Shown piece after piece: positions 62,614 through 64,000 of a DNA stretch of 64,000 bases. The notes beneath the pieces are model-generated. The model had not been told where the DNA came from. It saw only the letters and a list, made by a program, of their open reading frames with translations, and did no database searches. This stretch comes from Candidatus Poriferisocius sp. (GTDB taxonomy: Bacteria > Actinomycetota > Acidimicrobiia > Acidimicrobiales > Bin134). Location of the stretch: contig NZ_OZ244793.1 of NCBI RefSeq assembly GCF_965219775.1, forward strand, positions 1,844,757 to 1,908,756, in the 5' to 3' direction. The first letter of the stretch is position 1. The number at the start of each line of letters is the position of its first letter. The position numbers and the translations under genes are program-made.

Positions 62614-64000
62614 TCAGGAGCGGGCTCGGCGGCGGAAGAAGTCGGAGAAGCTGGTGACCACCGCGTGCGAGGGGGCGTCACCCTCCTGGGGCCGGACGTC
62701 GGCCAACAATGCGGTGGACATGCCCAGGGCCTGGGCGGCGTCCAGATGCTCCACGCTCACGTCCACCAGCAGGGTGTTCTCGTAGGGGATGGAGGTGGTC
62801 CGGCGCAGGGCCTCGTAGATGCCGGGGGCGGGCATGCACACCCCCACGTCGCTGCTCACGATCCAGGTGTCCACGCCCACGATCTCCAGCCGCTCCCGCA
62901 ACGCCGACGACCATGCGGCGATGTCGTTGGTCAAACAGGCCACCGGCAACCGGCGGCGGGCCATCTCGGCCATGAAGTCCCGGGCCCCCGAGCGTACGGT
63001 GTACTGGGCCAGGAACTGCTCGGTGAGCTCGGCGGGGTCGTCGTCCAGTCCCAATCCGGTCCACAGCTCGGCCGGGGAGATACGGCCCAGAATCGCCTGG
63101 TGGTGGAGTCGCTGAGCCTCTTCTTCGTCGGCCTCGGACCCACGCTGGGCGGCGAAGGAGGCCAGCAACTCTGCCGGCTCCGCCCCCGGTTCGAGCAGCA
63201 CCCCCAGCGGGTTCAGGACCACCTGGCGCAGCCGGCGGGAGGGAGGCTGTTCGGGGGAGGGGCCGGTGGTGCGGACGGGCGACTCCTCGGAGATGGTGGG
63301 GTCGGTTCGGCGCTCGCGGGCCCGTCGCTCCAGCAGGTAGCCCGCCACCGCGATCAACACCGACAGGCCCACCAGGGCGAAGGCCGCCCAGGCCACCCAC
63401 CGCAGGATCACCGCGGTGCCGCTCTCCTCTTGGGCGGTCATCTCCACGCTCACTGCCCCTTGCCCCAGGGCCAACACCTCCTGCTGTTCGGCCCCCACCG
63501 GCAGATCCAGGGTCAGGATCACCGACACCCCCGACAGCGCGGCGGCGGGATCGCCGATCGGCTCCCCGAAGGGTTCGCCCCCGAGGCGGTCGGTGAGTTC
63601 GGGGTCGGTCAACAGCTCCCAGCCGTCCGACAGGTCGACCACCCCGGCGACCGCATAGTCGGTTTGGGCAAACGACGTGGACCGCTCGAAGGTGAAATCC
63701 CGGAACACCTCCGGCGAGCCGAAGATCTCGGCCAGCACCAGCTCAAGCTGCTGAGGCGAGGCAAAGCTCTTGGACGCGGAGAAGCTGGTCCGGCCCTGGC
63801 CGTCGATGCGGGGGCCGTTGTAGGTCCACCCCGAGGCCGGGTCCTCGATGTCGCCGGTGAGCAGCGAGGAGGTGATGTCGGGGGCCAGAGCGGCCGCCTC
63901 CTGGTCGAGGGCCACGTCCACGGTGACCACCCCCGAGCCGTCCTCGTTGAAGCCGATGCCCACCTCGATGTCCACCTGACAGGCGGTCAGCCCCACCACC
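62614..64000 (-). CDS. membrane protein with an extracytoplasmic N-terminal domain, one TM segment and a cytoplasmic HAD-like hydrolase domain; the 5' end lies beyond the window
   Basis: ORF 62614..63999 is open to the window edge. The first residues, ..VGLTAC, look like the end of a lipoprotein signal. The TM segment is AVILRWVAWAAFALVGLSVLIAVAGYLL. The C-terminal part carries HAD-like motifs (VACLTNDI, VSSDVG, LLVDVS). Confidence 0.6.
   Translation of the reverse strand, partial: VVGLTACQVDIEVGIGFNEDGSGVVTVDVALDQEAAALAPDITSSLLTGDIEDPASGWTYNGPRIDGQGRTSFSASKSFASPQQLELVLAEIFGSPEVFRDFTFERSTSFAQTDYAVAGVVDLSDGWELLTDPELTDRLGGEPFGEPIGDPAAALSGVSVILTLDLPVGAEQQEVLALGQGAVSVEMTAQEESGTAVILRWVAWAAFALVGLSVLIAVAGYLLERRARERRTDPTISEESPVRTTGPSPEQPPSRRLRQVVLNPLGVLLEPGAEPAELLASFAAQRGSEADEEEAQRLHHQAILGRISPAELWTGLGLDDDPAELTEQFLAQYTVRSGARDFMAEMARRRLPVACLTNDIAAWSSALRERLEIVGVDTWIVSSDVGVCMPAPGIYEALRRTTSIPYENTLLVDVSVEHLDAAQALGMSTALLADVRPQEGDAPSHAVVTSFSDFFRRRARS

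Overview
The window is a densely coding, high-GC chromosomal segment of Actinomycetota type. Lineage markers include a PAC2 protein, DUF222-HNH, DUF3263, a LytR_C protein, gpgS, an F420-type LLM oxidoreductase, amt-glnD, and a stand-alone groEL with a CIRCE operator. I support about 65 protein genes and one tRNA-Thr(UGU). I found no rRNA, CRISPR array, integrase or transposase.

Layout:
- 1-195: a truncated nucleotidyltransferase gene.
- 249-25884: a long, almost entirely minus-strand catabolic array. It holds an LLM oxidoreductase, an acyl-CoA dehydrogenase (the only plus-strand gene), SDRs, two thiolase-like genes plus a DUF35 gene, an epoxide hydrolase, a TauD dioxygenase, an NMT1-type ABC importer, a reductive pyrimidine-degradation set, a Rieske oxygenase, and two tandem D-aminoacylase-family amidohydrolases.
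- 25996-29298: an arsC-like / RDD / dppD / dppF operon.
- 30777-35750: a lower-GC accessory island. It holds a BglII-fold endonuclease, an HTH-fused MT-A70 methyltransferase, an unknown protein, about 770 bp of non-coding DNA, and a DUF222-HNH gene.
- 35755-64000: housekeeping genes. These are NUDIX, glnD, amt, larE-like, livHMGF plus a duplicated binding protein, hemQ, a GH3 lipoprotein, a DUF35-thiolase fusion, fdhD, nitrobindin, groEL, moaD-like, gpgS, glycerate kinase, tRNA-Thr, rlmB, ispF, ispD, hemB, and a partial HAD membrane protein.

Observations most worth a second look:
1. An ArsC-family gene is missed by the ORF track because it carries an in-frame TGA exactly at the catalytic Cys codon. 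A GC-rich hairpin follows 14 nt downstream. It is either a selenoprotein or a pseudogene.
2. A 1089-bp segment occurs twice, apparently without any difference, inside one LivK-like lipoprotein gene.
3. The pyrimidine-catabolic operon lacks dihydropyrimidine dehydrogenase but carries an LLM oxidoreductase.
4. The accessory island's genes share a 110-bp upstream module and a recurring TGTCAC-N9/10-TAnnnT motif.

All functional calls come from reading the translations and recognising motifs. No database search was possible.
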